Translations under genes and position numbers: made by a program
Part shown: positions 22,273-35,998 of the stretch, piece by piece
Layout: each line of letters starts with the position of its first letter
How positions within the stretch are numbered: the stretch's first letter is position 1
Assembly: GCA_964016885.1 (NCBI GenBank)
Contig: OZ024763.1
Location: forward strand, 26,784,001 to 26,848,000
DNA from: Eledone cirrhosa
Lineage: Eukaryota
Reading direction: 5' to 3'
Length of the DNA stretch: 64,000 nucleotides
Notes under the pieces: generated by a model
Told to the model about the DNA's origin: nothing
Database searches by the model: none
What the model saw: only the letters and a program-made list of their open reading frames with translations

Positions 22273-24790
22273 TGTGGTGGTGATTCACGATTTCTTTAAG
22301 TAACATCTCAAACGTTGGTCGTTTCGCCGTTGGACTTCTTGCATCTTTGCCAGCGCCACCTGTCGGTTCCTGTTCTACCATTGGCCGGAGTTGCCGGAAG
22401 GAGGAGGAGGAGCTTCCGGAGTGTTCTGCTTCCGAAGGCGTGACGCTCGAAGAAGAAACGTCGGTCACTTGACTACACGACGTTGGTGTCGTCACTTCCG
22501 CCGCGTCGAGAAGGTGGCTCGAGTCGCGGTTAGGGTTCGACGATGGTGTCGATGCGACATTCTCGTATTTCACCACCGTTTCCTCGCTGTTTGATGTCGA
22601 ACGAGGCTGGAAAGTGCTGCACGAGTCCCCCAGCGTCCCGTAAGTGTCACTCGCCGTGCCGCTTGTATTTGCGACGCTCTGCGACGACGCAATCGATCCT
22701 AAACTGTCGTTCAAACCTTTCCCCATAAACGTTCTCAGTTCCAACTTCCGCCGTCTGTAATTATCCGACGGCGACAGATATTTGGAGCTTTCCGGATCTG
22801 GGCTGAAGGTTTGTAAGATCCTTTCGTCGCTGGGACAATGGAGTGATACCTCTTTGGTAATTGTACATATTTCTGCTGTAGTGGTTGTGGTTGTTGCTGT
22901 AGTAGTTGTTGCCGTTGTTGCTGCTGCCGCCGTCATTGCTGTTGCTGAGCCTTCATTATCGTCAGAGCTTCCGCTTCCTGTGTCGGCCATTGATAGCGTC
23001 TTTGTTGGACGTTTCCACACCCGATTTTGTCGTTGGAGATTTGTCTTCAGAATTGGTTTCGTCCGGTTTTGTTTCTCTTCGCCGGATGTCGCTGCTGATC
23101 GATTATCCGAACCCGTTTCGTTATTCGCATTATTCGAAGTCGCCACTATCTTCGAATCTCTTTTATTGGTGTCAGAGATTTTCAATAGCGATGGTTTTTC
23201 ACAGCGATGCATATCTCTTCCTGTTCCCATTCCACTGGGTTTGTCTTCTAGGCGTTTGATTGTCAGTTCCAGTGCGTTTAACTTAGATTTGGAATGTCGG
23301 TTTAGCGCCTCGTATAGTGTCTCCTCGCCACAGCTAACTGTCGATGACCTTCTCGAGGCTTCCAGACATGTCACGGACGAGACGATAGTCGGTTCTTTCA
23401 TGTTTGAACATTCTAAGTTGCTGTTGGCGTGGAGAATAAATTTTTTGTTGCTCCCCCTCTCTTTATCTTTCTCTTTCCTTTTCACAATGTCTTCAATGCT
23501 GTTTGTATTTTTGGTAAATTTATTCGGTGCCAAAAGGTTGAAGTACGTCTTTCGTGTGGCGTCTCGAGAAGAAACGCTCTTTGAGTAACGCAAGAACGAA
23601 CGACGCCAGTGTTTTTCTGACTGATTTTTCACTGAGTTTTCGAAGATATTATCGGCGGAACTGTTGGAGTAGAGTTTGGAATGTTTGTTATTGGAATTCG
23701 TTGCCGGACTAGAAGATGGCGTTACTTTAATACTGTTCGACGAGGATTTAGTGTCTTTCAATTTAGCACCGATCGAACCTTCCAGATTGCTTCTCGATCT
23801 CCGCAACGACTGCTTCAGGCGACAGCTAAGATTGCGAATTATCGCTTTAGTTTGCATCAGGGAAGACTCCATATTTTCTTTAAACGCTTTGTTCGGACTG
23901 TGTCCGACGGACGTGAACTGTTGTATCGACTCGACCGAGAGAGACTCAAGAGGCAACGGTTCGAGGCTTTCGACGCTGTATTTCGATGGCGTGTCGTCTT
24001 CCTTTATCGGCGTTGAAGCTTTCCTCAACAAAACGGGAATGGTGCCTCTTTCGACGTTTAACGAACCCCTACGTGAACGTGACGGCAAACTTTCCATGGC
24101 GATCGACTTATCTGAATGGTTTATCTCCAGGCGTGGAGTTCTACCATTTGAACCTGGGAATGGTTTAACGGAAGATTCCTGCTGACACTGGACTGTAACG
24201 CTTTCCAAAAGAGTAAAACTTTCATCCGAACATAAACTCAACCGAGAGTTCAGCGACGTCCGCTGGTAGTCCAAGCTGCGGTCAGATTTCGCTCGGATCT
24301 CGTCTACCAACGACCTGGCTCCTATATTAGTGAAGTTGTCCAAAGACTGGACGCAGTCCACCGGACGGTTGCATCTGCTGTCAGGTGTTGTTAAGTTTTG
24401 ATCCGCCGAGACTAGAACCGACTCTGTTGGCAAGCTGATGTCGTCAGCCAAGGTATCTCCTACCAGTTCAGCGTTTATGGCCGTCCGCGGACGTCTGAGG
24501 ACGATCCTGCTACTATCGCGGTTTGGGTCGCCCCGAAGCAAACCATTCTCATTGGTTTCCTGTGTGATGACGCTGCATTTGTTACGATGACCGGTCAGAG
24601 GACAGCCTATTGTAGCTCGACGCTCCGTTTTACGTTTCCTTCGGTGACCAGTCAACGGTCTATCGCCCCTGGGTGAAACGGCGACCGGGAGGTCTTCAGT
24701 TCGGTGTCCGGTTAGAGGATTTACGTTATTTCGGGGACAAACGGTCATGTGATTGTTCCGCATGTGGATGACTGGTAGGTCCATGGACAT
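22163..24790 (-). CDS. Uncharacterised 875-aa Ser/Thr-rich, probably disordered protein (large single coding exon)
   Basis: A 2.6-kb stop-free, non-repetitive, CpG-rich frame in an otherwise microsatellite region. An in-frame stop lies 7 codons before the ATG. It has three PLTGHR motifs and poly-T/poly-N runs. No domain recognised. Confidence 0.75.
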
Positions 24791-24944
24791 TTTGCTTGGT
24801 TTATTGGTTTATGTAGTTTCCTTGGCAATAAAGACTGACCAATGTCCAGTTAACGTCTGGACACCTGTCCTTTCCCGCCAACGACCATTTACAAATTTTC
24901 ACAGATTTTTATATTTTTATCTATTTATTTATTTATTATTAACC

Positions 24945-25260
24945 TCGCGGTGGATTGGCAGTATCGGTAGCACGTCAGACATTATGCTCTGCAGCATGGA
25001 GTTATGACCCTTAACATTCTGAGTTCAAATCCCACCGAGGTTAACTTGGCCTTTCATCCTTACGGAGCTCGATAAAATAAATTACCAGTAATGCACTGGG
25101 GTAATTGCTGGCCTTGTGCCAAAAGTAGAAACAATTATTAACTTCACCTTTGATCCTTACGGAGTCGATAAAATAAATTGCCAGTAATATACTGAGGACA
25201 ATTTAATCGACTTTTCCCTCCTTTTTAAATTGCTGGCCTTGTACCAAAAATAGAAATAAT
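24945..25260 (+). mobile_element. Meta-type SINE plus a partial second copy
   Basis: Same SINE consensus as the other copies. Confidence 0.85.
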
Positions 25261-25369
25261 AATTATTATTATTATTGTTGTTGTTGTTGTTATTACCAGT
25301 AGTTGCGACTGGTAGATAGTATCAGCAATGGAAAGACCAAATCCAGATAGTAGTTTTGTGTAATTTATA

Positions 25370-26000
25370 ATAATCCATTTGGAAAATATAGTTTGTAATC
25401 CATCTTATAATCCAGGGAACTAGCAATGTCGTTGAGCCACCGTGTAACCCATGTCGCTAGTAATGTCGTTGATCCACCGTTTGATTCATCTAACTGTCAG
25501 AGTTGTTGTTGAGCCGTCGTTGCTTCCATGTAGCTAGCAGTGTTGTTGATCTATCCAGATATAAGTTTCCTCACATATTGTGTAGTTATAATCGATTTGG
25601 AGAACACCGTTAGTTAATCCATTGTGTAAATCCGTGTAACTGTCAGTGTTGTTTTTAATCCATCGATTAATCCATGGAACTCTCAGTGTTGTTAATCCAT
25701 CGATTGTTTCGTGGAGCTATTAGTGTTGTTGTTAATCCATCAGTTGATCCGTGGAGCTATCGGTGTTGTTGTCAATCCATCGCATGATCCACGTAGCTAT
25801 GGATGCTGTGGTTAATCCATTGTGTAAATCCGTGTAACTGTCAGTGCTGTTTGTAATCCACCGAATGATCCATGTCGCTATCGAGGCTGTTGTTAATCCA
25901 TTCTCTGAATCCATGTCGCTATCGACGTTGTTAATCCATCTTATGGTCCATATAGCTAGAAGTGTTGTTGTTAATCCGTCGTACGGTCTACGTAGCTAGT
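25370..26000. repeat. Degenerate tandem repeat built on gttaatccat...gtagcta
   Basis: ttaatccat/atccatg recurs at ~35-40 bp spacing. Confidence 0.6.
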
Positions 26001-26074
26001 AGTGTCGGGAGTAATATTCCAGATTTGGGAAATAAACAAGCACTTCCTGTTATGTTGGCTGCCGTCTGCAAGAG

Positions 26075-28010
26075 TTAAGATGTTAGAATTAAGACGTTGG
26101 ACTTTAAGGCGTTGTATATAAGACATAACAATTAAGGCGTTGCATGTACAACTTAAAGTGTAAGACGTTGTACGTAAGACCTGAGACGTAATACGTTAGA
26201 TGTAAGACTTTAAGACATAGTACGTAAGAGTTAAGATGTTACAGGTTAAATGTAAGATGTCGGGTGTAAGGCGTTTGATTTTAAGGCGTTGTACGTAGGA
26301 CTTAAGATGTCAGGCGTTGTATGTAAGACGTTGGATGTAAGACGTTATACGTAAGAGTTAAGATGTAAGACGTTGTATGTAAGACGTATGCAAGATGTTA
26401 GGTGTAGGCGTTGTATGTTTGACGTATGTAAGAGCTTGAATGTAAAACTTAAACTGTAAGACATATTTAAGACATTGGTTTTAAGACTTATGTAAGACGT
26501 TGTACGTAAGAGTTAAGATATATGACGGTAAATGTAAGACATATGTAAGAGGTTGGATGTATGATTGTATTTAAGACGTTGAATGTAAGATGTAAGACGT
26601 AGTACGTAAGAGTTTAAGATGTTAGACGCTGGATGTAAGACTTTAAGACGTAGTACGTCAGAGTTAAGATGTTAGACGATAATGTAAGACATATGTAAGA
26701 TGTAGGACGTAAAACTTAGGTGTATGGCATTGTAAATAAGACGGTGAATGTATGACCTTGTAGGTATGACCTTGTATGTAAGACGTATGTAAGACGTTAT
26801 ATGTAAGATGTTGTATGTAAGATGGTGAATGTAAGACGTTGTATGTAAGACTTTGTATGTATGACCTTGTATGTAAGACGTTGTATGTAAGGCGTATGAA
26901 AGAATTAAGATGTAAGATGTAGTACATAAGGGTTACGCTGGATGTAAGTCTTTAAGACGTACGAACGGCATAAGATGTTAGACGTTGTAAGACGTTAGAC
27001 GGTAGATTAAGAAGTAATTCTTAAGATGTTAGACATAGTACGTAAGAGTTAAGATGTTAGACGCTGGATGTGAGACTTTAAGACGTACGAATGACATAAG
27101 ATGTTAGACGTTCGAATGTAAGACGGTGAATGTAAGACTTAGTACGTCAGAGTTAAGATGTTAGACGCTAGATGTAAAACTTTAAGACGTTGTACGTAAG
27201 TGTTAAGCTGTTAGACGCTGAATATAAATCTTTAAGACGTACGTACAACATAAGATGTTAGACGTTAAAATATAAGACGGTGAATGTAAGACTTAAGATG
27301 TTAGACGTAGTACGTAAGAGTTTCAGATGTTAGATGCTGGATGTAAAACTTTAAGACGTTGTACGTAAGAGTTAAGATGTGAGACTTTAAGACACACAAA
27401 TGACATAAGATGTTAGACGTTAGATTATAACACGATGAATGTAAGACTTAGATGTAAGACTTAATACGTAAGAGTTTAAGATGTTAGATGCTAGATGTAA
27501 GGCTTTAAGACATAGTACGTCAGAGTTTAAGATGTTAGACACTGGATGTAAGATTTTAAGACGTTGTATGTAAGAGTTAAGATGTTAGACGTTAGAATGT
27601 AAGACGGTGAATGTAAGACTGAGTACATCAGAGTTAAGATGTTAGACGCTAGATATAAAACTTTAAGACGTAGTACCTCAGAGTTAAGATGTTAGACACT
27701 AGATGTAAACTTTAAGACGTAGTACGTCAGAGTTAAGATGTTAGACACTAGATGTAAAACTTTAAGACGTTGTACGTCAGAGTTAAGATGTTAGACGCTA
27801 GATGTAAAACTTTAAGACGTTGTACGTAGGAGTTAAGATGTTAGACGCTAGATGTAAAACTTTAAGACGTTGTACGTAGGAGTTAAGATGTTAAATACTA
27901 AATGTGAGACTTTAAGACATACGAATGACATAAGAAGTTAGACGTTGTTTGTAAGACGTCAGACAGTAATCTGTAAGACATAAGACGTAATAGTAAGACA
28001 GAATAAGTAA
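26075..28010. repeat. Complex minisatellite of taagacgt/taagatgt subunits with a 50-bp higher-order unit
   Basis: agttaagatgttagacgctagatgtaaaactttaagacgttgtacgtagg is repeated exactly at 27781 and 27831 and degenerates leftwards. Confidence 0.85.
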
Positions 28011-28204
28011 GCTGGAACTGTTAGTCAGTAATCCCTTGTTAGTATAATCGATGTTTGTAAAACCTCCAATCAGATAATCCGGCAGATAATCCTCTAATCC
28101 GTAATTGTTGCTTTCTGAAACTTTGCTGAATTCATCAGAATATCTTCTTCGGATTTGTTTACATTAATTATGATATATACACTGTATGTATACACATACA
28201 CATG

Positions 28205-28252
<48 letters not shown>

Positions 28253-28742
28253 ATATATATGTGTGTATATATATATGTGTGAGTATATATATGTATATAT
28301 ATATATATGTGTATATGTTTATATATGTATGAATGTATATGTATATATATATGTATGCATGTATATATATATATATATATGTATATATATGTATATATAT
28401 GTATGCATGTATATGTATATATATATATATGTATATACGTATATATATATATGTATATGTATATATGTGTGTACATATATATATGTGTGTGTGTATATGT
28501 ATATATGTATATATGTGTATATATATATGTATATACATATATGTATATGTGTATAAATACACACACACATACACACATATATATATACACACACATACAC
28601 ACAAACACATATATATATATATATATATAAATATATATATATACACATACACATCCCTATATATATATATATATATAGGGTAGGTGATTCAGTGAATTAC
28701 ACAATAAACATATACATGTAAACGAAACTTCCTCGTTATTTT

Positions 28743-28863
<121 letters not shown>

Positions 28864-29361
28864 ACATATGTATATATATATATATGTATGTGTGTGCATG
28901 TATGTATAATTTAGTCTTTATATTATTTCAATGTAAAGATATAATATTAAAATACTAGAAAAAACAAAATAAAAATATATTTGAGTTACCAACCTGTTAG
29001 ATTGAAGGGGTCAGTTTCTTTGTTTTAGGGTCCTTGTTATTATTAGTTTGTCATATAAGGAGACGGGTTCCTTGTTAGTACCATCAGTGTGTCAGTGTCA
29101 TTGACACTAGTGTTGAACTTCCGGTTTGCTTAAGTTTGGTTTCCTGTTCCTGTTGCTTTAACGTCTACTCTGCCTTCCTCTCATATATCTCCTTCTGTCA
29201 AATCTAGTAGTACCAGTTATATCCTTGGGGTTGATAATAATCGATTTTTGACCAAATTTTTTCTTTGCTCTTCCTGTTGTAAGTTTAAATCCCGTCCTGA
29301 TATTGTTGTTATTGTTGTTATCGTTGTTGTGTTGTTGTTATTATTATTATTATTGTTGTAT

Positions 29362-29530
29362 CAGTAGAGGGTCGGACGCCATGCTTTCCAGCATAGTTAC
29401 GTCCCTTTACGATCTGAGTTCAAAACCCGCCGAGGTTGACTTTGCCTTTCATCCTTACGGGGTCGATAAAATAAAGTACCAGTAATGTACTGGGGTAATT
29501 GCTGGCCTTGTGCCAAAAGTAGAAACAATT
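29362..29530 (+). mobile_element. Meta-type SINE (5'-truncated)
   Basis: Same SINE consensus as the other copies. Confidence 0.85.
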
Positions 29531-29655
29531 ATTATTATTATTGTTGTTGTTATTGTTGTGTAGTTTCATTAACGACTGAAAATTGCTATGGATTTAGTCT
29601 ATACAGAAACAAACACAGATATATGTATGCGCATATATATATGTATGTCTGTGTG

Positions 29656-29688
<33 letters not shown>

Positions 29689-29733
29689 ATATATATATAT
29701 ATGTGTGTGTATGTGTATATATGTATGTATATT

Positions 29734-29768
<35 letters not shown>

Positions 29769-29791
29769 ATGTGTATATATGTATGTATATT

Positions 29792-29822
<31 letters not shown>

Positions 29823-30186
29823 ATGTGTATATATGTATGTATATTTATATATATATATATGTGTATGTATGTATGTATGTAGGTATGTATATATGTATAT
29901 GTATGTATGTAAGTAAATATATTTATGTATATATATATATATGTATGTATGTCGATATGTAAGTATGTATGTATATATGTATATATGTAAGTACGTGTGT
30001 ATGTATGTATATATGTTTGAATGTATATATATGTTTGTGTGTATGTATTATAAATGTAACAGTAAGAGTAATTATTTGTTATGTTAACTATACAATAATT
30101 ACTGAAATTGCGAAGAATTGATTTAGGAAAAGCAGCAACAACAAAACCCTCCACAAAACCCTTCAAATATCCCCCAATATGTCGGT

Positions 30187-30305
30187 GAAGGCGTATGGCT
30201 GAGTGGTTAGAGAATTGGATTCGCAATCGTAGGGTTGTGAGTTCGATTCCTGGACCAGGCGATGCGTTATGTCCTTGAGCAAGACACTTTATTTCACGTT
30301 GCTTC
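30187..30305 (+). mobile_element. tRNA-derived SINE head (second family), 3'-truncated
   Basis: A box tggctgagtggttag, B box gagttcgattcc, then tgtccttgagcaagacacttt. Confidence 0.75.
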
Positions 30306-32806
30306 TTCTATCTGGAGTTGCGACCGATCGATAGTATTAGCAATTGGAAAGACCCTCGGTCCGATTTGACGAAAGTCGATCGTTCCTTTATGTCGGTGAG
30401 AAAGAAGTGAAAACACGAAACGATGAAACGGAAGAGAGCAGACAATAGTAATAGTTGTCCAAGTATTTCCTTGTTGTGGAACAGCAGACAGATTTAACGG
30501 GTGACGGAGACAGCCTAAGAACGGGGGGTGGAGGAGAAAGTTAATAGGTGGTAGAGTTAGTTAACTGGGGGCAGAGGCAGCCATAGAACTGGTGGTAGAG
30601 AGAGAGAGAGAGAGTTTACGGGTGGTAGAGTTAGTTATCGGGTGGTAGAGAGAGTTAGCGGGTGGTAGAGTTAGTTTATGCGGCGACAATTATTATTTTT
30701 TATTATTTAAGTTGTTTTTGCTTTTGTTTTTGGAAGGAGGGGCGGGTAATTACGGATTATCGATTGTCTTTGATAATTGCTCACACACACACACATACAT
30801 ATACACATACATACACACACATATACATACATATACATACATATACACATACATATATACATATATATACACATACATAATATACACATACATATATACA
30901 TATATATATATACACATACATATATACATACATATACACATACATACATATACACATACATATATACATATATATACACATACATAATATACACATACAT
31001 ATATACATACATATACACATACACACACAACATACATACATATATATATATATATATACATATATATACACACATAGCATAAAACACATAGTCACTCATA
31101 CACACTCACACACATACACATACATTTATATATACATACACACATACATACATACACCACTCAAACAGACACTACACTTTATAAACGCACATGCACAAGA
31201 CAGGCACTCACACTATGCACACACACACGCACAAGACAGGCACTCACACTATGCACACACACACGCACATACACACATAGAGGCAACAATACAGAGACAT
31301 ATATGCGCAAAGAGAGACATACATATAGACACACACACATACAGAGACACACACACACACAGACAAGCATAGAGACATACACGTACGGAGAGACACATGT
31401 ACACACACACACACATACAGAGACACACATACACAGAGAACCACATGCGTACACACAGACACATGTATATACAGACACACATACAGAGAGACAGAGAGAG
31501 AGAGAGAGAGAGACACACATACGCACACACACGTATATACAGACGTACATAGACAAACACACACATATATATACAGAGATACACACCGACACACACGTAC
31601 AGACATATACAGAGACACACACACACACACGTACAGACATATTCAGAGACACACACGTACAGACATATACAGAGACACACACGTACAGACATATACAGAG
31701 ACACACACGTACAGACGTACACAGACAAACACACAGAGACATACGTACAGAGACAAGACACATATACACACACACACACACACACAGACGTATATAGACA
31801 AACACACATACATATACGTACAGTGACACACATACACACACAGGCACACATATAGACGTACATAGACAGACACACAGAGACGCATACGTATAGTGACACA
31901 GCTACACACACACATACGCAGGTACATAGACAAACAGACAGAGACACAGATACACACACGTACACACACACACATACAGACAAACATACAGTGACACATA
32001 CAAACATACAGACATATACCTAGACACACAGATATACACACCTACACACCTACACAGACCAACACACACAGACATATACATACACTGACACAGATACACA
32101 CACACATATACACATACAGACAAACATACAGTGATAGATACAAACATACAGACACATACGTACAGAGACACACAGATGCATACATACACACGTACACATA
32201 CAGACTACATAAACAAACACACAGAGACACATACGTACAGAGACACACAGATACACACACACGCAGACACACATGCATGTACATAGACCAACAGGCAGAG
32301 ACATATACGTACAGTGACACACAGATACACACACACACGCGTACATAGACAAACGCACAGAGACATATATGTACAGTGACATATAGATACACACACGTAC
32401 ACACAAACACATATACGTACAGAGACACACAGATACACACACAGACACACACATACACGTACATAGACCAACACACACATTGATGTATTCCCGTATGATG
32501 AAGAGCCGTAAGGCCTGCTTAATATGATGTAAATCTAGGTTCAGCTCTTTATCTAATCAGTTAATCTTGGAGTTAATCCTGCTGAAACGAAACTCAATGG
32601 ATTAACATATTTTGTAGAAACTCTAAGGCGAACGTGTGTGGCTTAGTGGTTAGAGAACTGGATTGGTAATCAATGAGTTACGATGCCCTTCCTCATACCA
32701 ACCTTTACAAGGGCTGAATTTCATAAGTTAAACTGTATAGGCAAATGTCACTGCTAGCTGTGTCCAACGCAAAACAACAGCGAAAAGAGAAACAAACACA
32801 CATATA

Positions 32807-33701
32807 CAAGGGCCTTGCTTAAAGGAGGTACCAGGGGACTATCACCCCCCACATTTTTTCAGGAACGGGAGACAAACCATCTTTTGTCCCCCTAATTTTT
32901 CCAAATTAAAAAACAAAGTAAATCCCACTAACAAGTCATACATATGTATAATACATATTTTTACATGTTTATTTATGTGTATATATTTATATGAATATAT
33001 ATATATAGACCCTAAGTTGCAATCGGTATTGAATTTTGTTCGATATTTACATCCATTTACTAAAAATTAAAAAAGATCAACTCATCAATAATTTGAATGA
33101 GAATTGTAGAACATTTTTAGATGTATTTGTCTCACTAAGTGAATCTTAACTATAATAAAAAAAAAAAAGGAGTGCGGGACTGCGTCCAGAATATATATTT
33201 TTTGTAAAATAAGTTGGATTACTTTGAATAAATAATGAATGAATATTACATAATTTATCTTATAAATTTCGTAATTCTTGATTAAATATAAATAATTTTA
33301 TTGCTTATTTAAAGATTCACTTCTTTAAAATTTTCAAATGTCAACACTTCCGGTTAGCGCCCGTTATATTATAACACTTATAAAAACATCGTATGTATTT
33401 CCGTCACTAATTTTCTTCTAATGCAGTTTATATATAATATCGTCTTTTTAAAAATGTATCATCGATTACTTTACTAATTACAAAAGAGAGTATAACACAG
33501 TCTCTCTTCAATTTCTGTACATATTGTCAATTACGATTTTATTTGATGTATCATATCTACATGCATATATATTTGCGTATACTATCATTATAAACACTAC
33601 ACATGTTAGCAGTATAGCTACACATGTTAGCTAGTATAGATAAATAAACAATATGTTGTTTATCAAACTGTTGGTTTGTCTCCCTGCAAACCAGGCCCTT
33701 G
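32807..33701 (+). mobile_element. MITE-like TIR element
   Basis: Imperfect TIR CAAGGGCCTTGCTT ... AAACCAGGCCCTTG with an AT-rich interior. No clear TSD. Confidence 0.55.
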
Positions 33702-33837
33702 CATATGTATAATGACGAGTGTTTTAAAACCATTTTAAAGCCATCGTCATCATCATCGTCATCATCACCACCATCATCATCATCACCATTACCACCATCA
33801 TCATCATCATGATCACCACCACCACCACCAACACCAC

Positions 33838-33892
<55 letters not shown>

Positions 33893-33932
33893 GCCATCAT
33901 AATCCTCATCCTTATCTTCCTTCCCTTTCCAG

Positions 33933-34049
33933 GAGCTGCAACCTTAGCCGGATTACGGAAGTTTGTGGCCGAACTACGGACCACCCGTCTTTTCGCCTTC
34001 GTCCATATTGCTGCGCACGGTTTGGCTGCAGCCGGATGTGCAGGGGAAG
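33933..34049 (+). CDS. Internal exon of an amidohydrolase-superfamily deacetylase (Atu3266/EF0837-like)
   Basis: Acceptor ttccctttccAG and donor G|GTAAG, phase 1/1. Encodes (G)AATLAGLRKFVAELRTTRLFAFVHIAAHGLAAAGCAGE(G), the segment that follows the DAGSAG motif in this family. Confidence 0.75.
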
Positions 34050-34312
34050 GTAAGCCGAGCAAGATATATACATACACTTTCGATAGACTTCCGGTGAAGA
34101 ACTGTGGAAGGTGGTGGTGGCGGTGGTAGTGGGGAGGGTGAATTTAATCGATACCCCCACCCCCACAAAATATATAAACATACTTTAGATAGACTTCCTG
34201 AAGTCCTGGGCGGTGGGGTCTATTTAGTCGATCCCCATCATTTTCCTGGAAAAAAACTTGAACCGTTAAGATCTCGTTCCTGGATATGTCAATATTTATA
34301 AAACTAACTTTG

Positions 34313-34373
34313 TATTTTATCTGATGAGAGCGTACCAAAGTTTTGGTACCCTTGAAATATATATAATAGAATA
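34313..34373 (+). ncRNA. Type I hammerhead, intact core, inside the amidohydrolase intron
   Basis: TATTTTAT-CTGATGA-GAG.GTACCAA...TTGGTAC.CTT-GAAA-TATATA-TA^ATAGAATA. Confidence 0.78.
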
Positions 34374-34509
34374 AATATGGTTTTATAAACATAGTTTCCA
34401 TTTATTAATATTATTGATATTATACTCCAGAAAACTTGAATCAGAAAACTTGAAACAGTTATAAACATATATATTTGTTGAATTACCAACAAATTAAATA
34501 TCCCTTTTG

Positions 34510-34597
<88 letters not shown>

Positions 34598-34601
<4 letters not shown>

Positions 34602-34719
34602 AAAAAGTATGACCCCGACGGCAGAGCTCATACTTTTTCCTATTTCCCACTCTACTACCCTAAGTATTGAGTACTCTGGTGCGTTATGGTCCATCTGGTT
34701 CCTTACCACAATTCCTTTG

Positions 34720-34721
<2 letters not shown>
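34598..34721 (+). mobile_element. Palindromic HHR-derived repeat family copy with a shorter hairpin
   Basis: taggaaaaagtatga...tcatactttttccta plus the shared tail, inside (TA)n. Confidence 0.75.
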
Positions 34722-34798
<77 letters not shown>

Positions 34799-34959
34799 CA
34801 TATATATATATATATGTGTGTGTGTATACATATATATGTGTGTGTATGTATACATATATATATATATGTGTGTGTGTATGTATATGTGTATGTATGTATA
34901 TATAAGTACGTATGTTTGCATGCATGTATGTATATATATATGTCAGGTCATACTTTAAT

Positions 34960-35568
34960 GTCAGGTCACCATTTGGTGCTACTGGTAACATGTATCCCAG
35001 TACAACCTGTCTCATGGTCGGGTCGTTGGCGACTAAACTGGCAACGCCACCAAGGTTTCTTGGTGAGGAGGGTGACTTTGGACATCCTGCAGGACTAAAA
35101 ACAAAACCTGTCAAAGGGCAAAGGAGCTCTTAAGAGTCAATGGCCATCCAAAATCACCGGGAGAGATGACCCCTTAGCCTTTGTCAAGGCAGAATTCTAG
35201 GAGAAGGAAAACTCTGATATAACACCTGCAACCCTGATGGTATCCAATGATGTTGACTTGTTCTTCTTTTTGGTAAATATCATCTTGGTTAAGAGAGTGG
35301 GACTGGCATTGTGCAGTGTCTTTGCTCACTATAAAAGCTTTACGGCACAGGCATTGCTTTATATCTGGAGATCTCTCTGCACTTGTCGTCACATGGTACC
35401 ATGCACCCAGCACTATGTGTCAATAATTGTCACAGGTGTAGTGTTTGTACCAGAGTTTTCAAGTCACTGGCTGGACTAAAAAGTCACACTCGTTCAGCGC
35501 ATCGGTAGGGGTTCTCCTACATGGATATAAAGTAGTGGCCGTACTCGAAAACGAGTTGGCAGCCACCA
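34960..35568 (+). mobile_element. Internally deleted non-autonomous RTE element (5' UTR joined to the ORF C-terminus and 3' end)
   Basis: RTE-like 5' UTR motif ctaggagaaggaaaactctga; terminal CSVCTRVFKSLAGLKSHTRSAHR* zinc finger (35437-35508); 3' hairpin. Second copy at 17413. Confidence 0.72.
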
Positions 35569-35680
35569 TATATATATGTATGTATGTATATGTATACATG
35601 TATATATATATGCATGTATATGTATACATGTATATATATATATGCGTATGTATATATACCTACATTCCTTTTATCTATAG

Positions 35681-35831
35681 GAAAAGGGGGAGAATGTGAT
35701 TCCCTCAACGCGGTCGACGTGGAAAGATGTGTGACCTCTATTCGGGACAATCGTGACTTCGTGGTCGGGGTTAAAGTCCGTTTGACCGCCAACGTGGCCG
35801 ACAGTGGTAACAACGAAGTTGAAATTTATAG
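35681..35831 (+). CDS. Next exon of the same amidohydrolase
   Basis: Acceptor ttccttttatctatAG and donor AG|GTAAG, phase-compatible with the previous exon. Encodes KGGECDSLNAVDVERCVTSIRDNRDFVVGVKVRLTANVADSGNNEVEIYR, with the GVKVR metal-bridging Lys motif. Confidence 0.78.
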
Positions 35832-35935
35832 GTAAGAACCCTTTGTTTTTTAAGTTTTTCCCCCCTAAATTCTTTATTGTTCTCATCAGTTGAGGTAATC
35901 TTGAGCATTTTGGGTTCATCAAGGGAGAGAAAGAG

Positions 35936-35998
<63 letters not shown>

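Noticed and set aside
22782-24185. + strand ORFs of 111-268 aa
   Set aside because: Antisense shadows of the 875-aa ORF.
30187-30265. tRNA gene
   Set aside because: A and B boxes are present but run into a SINE body without a proper acceptor stem. The same applies at 37964.
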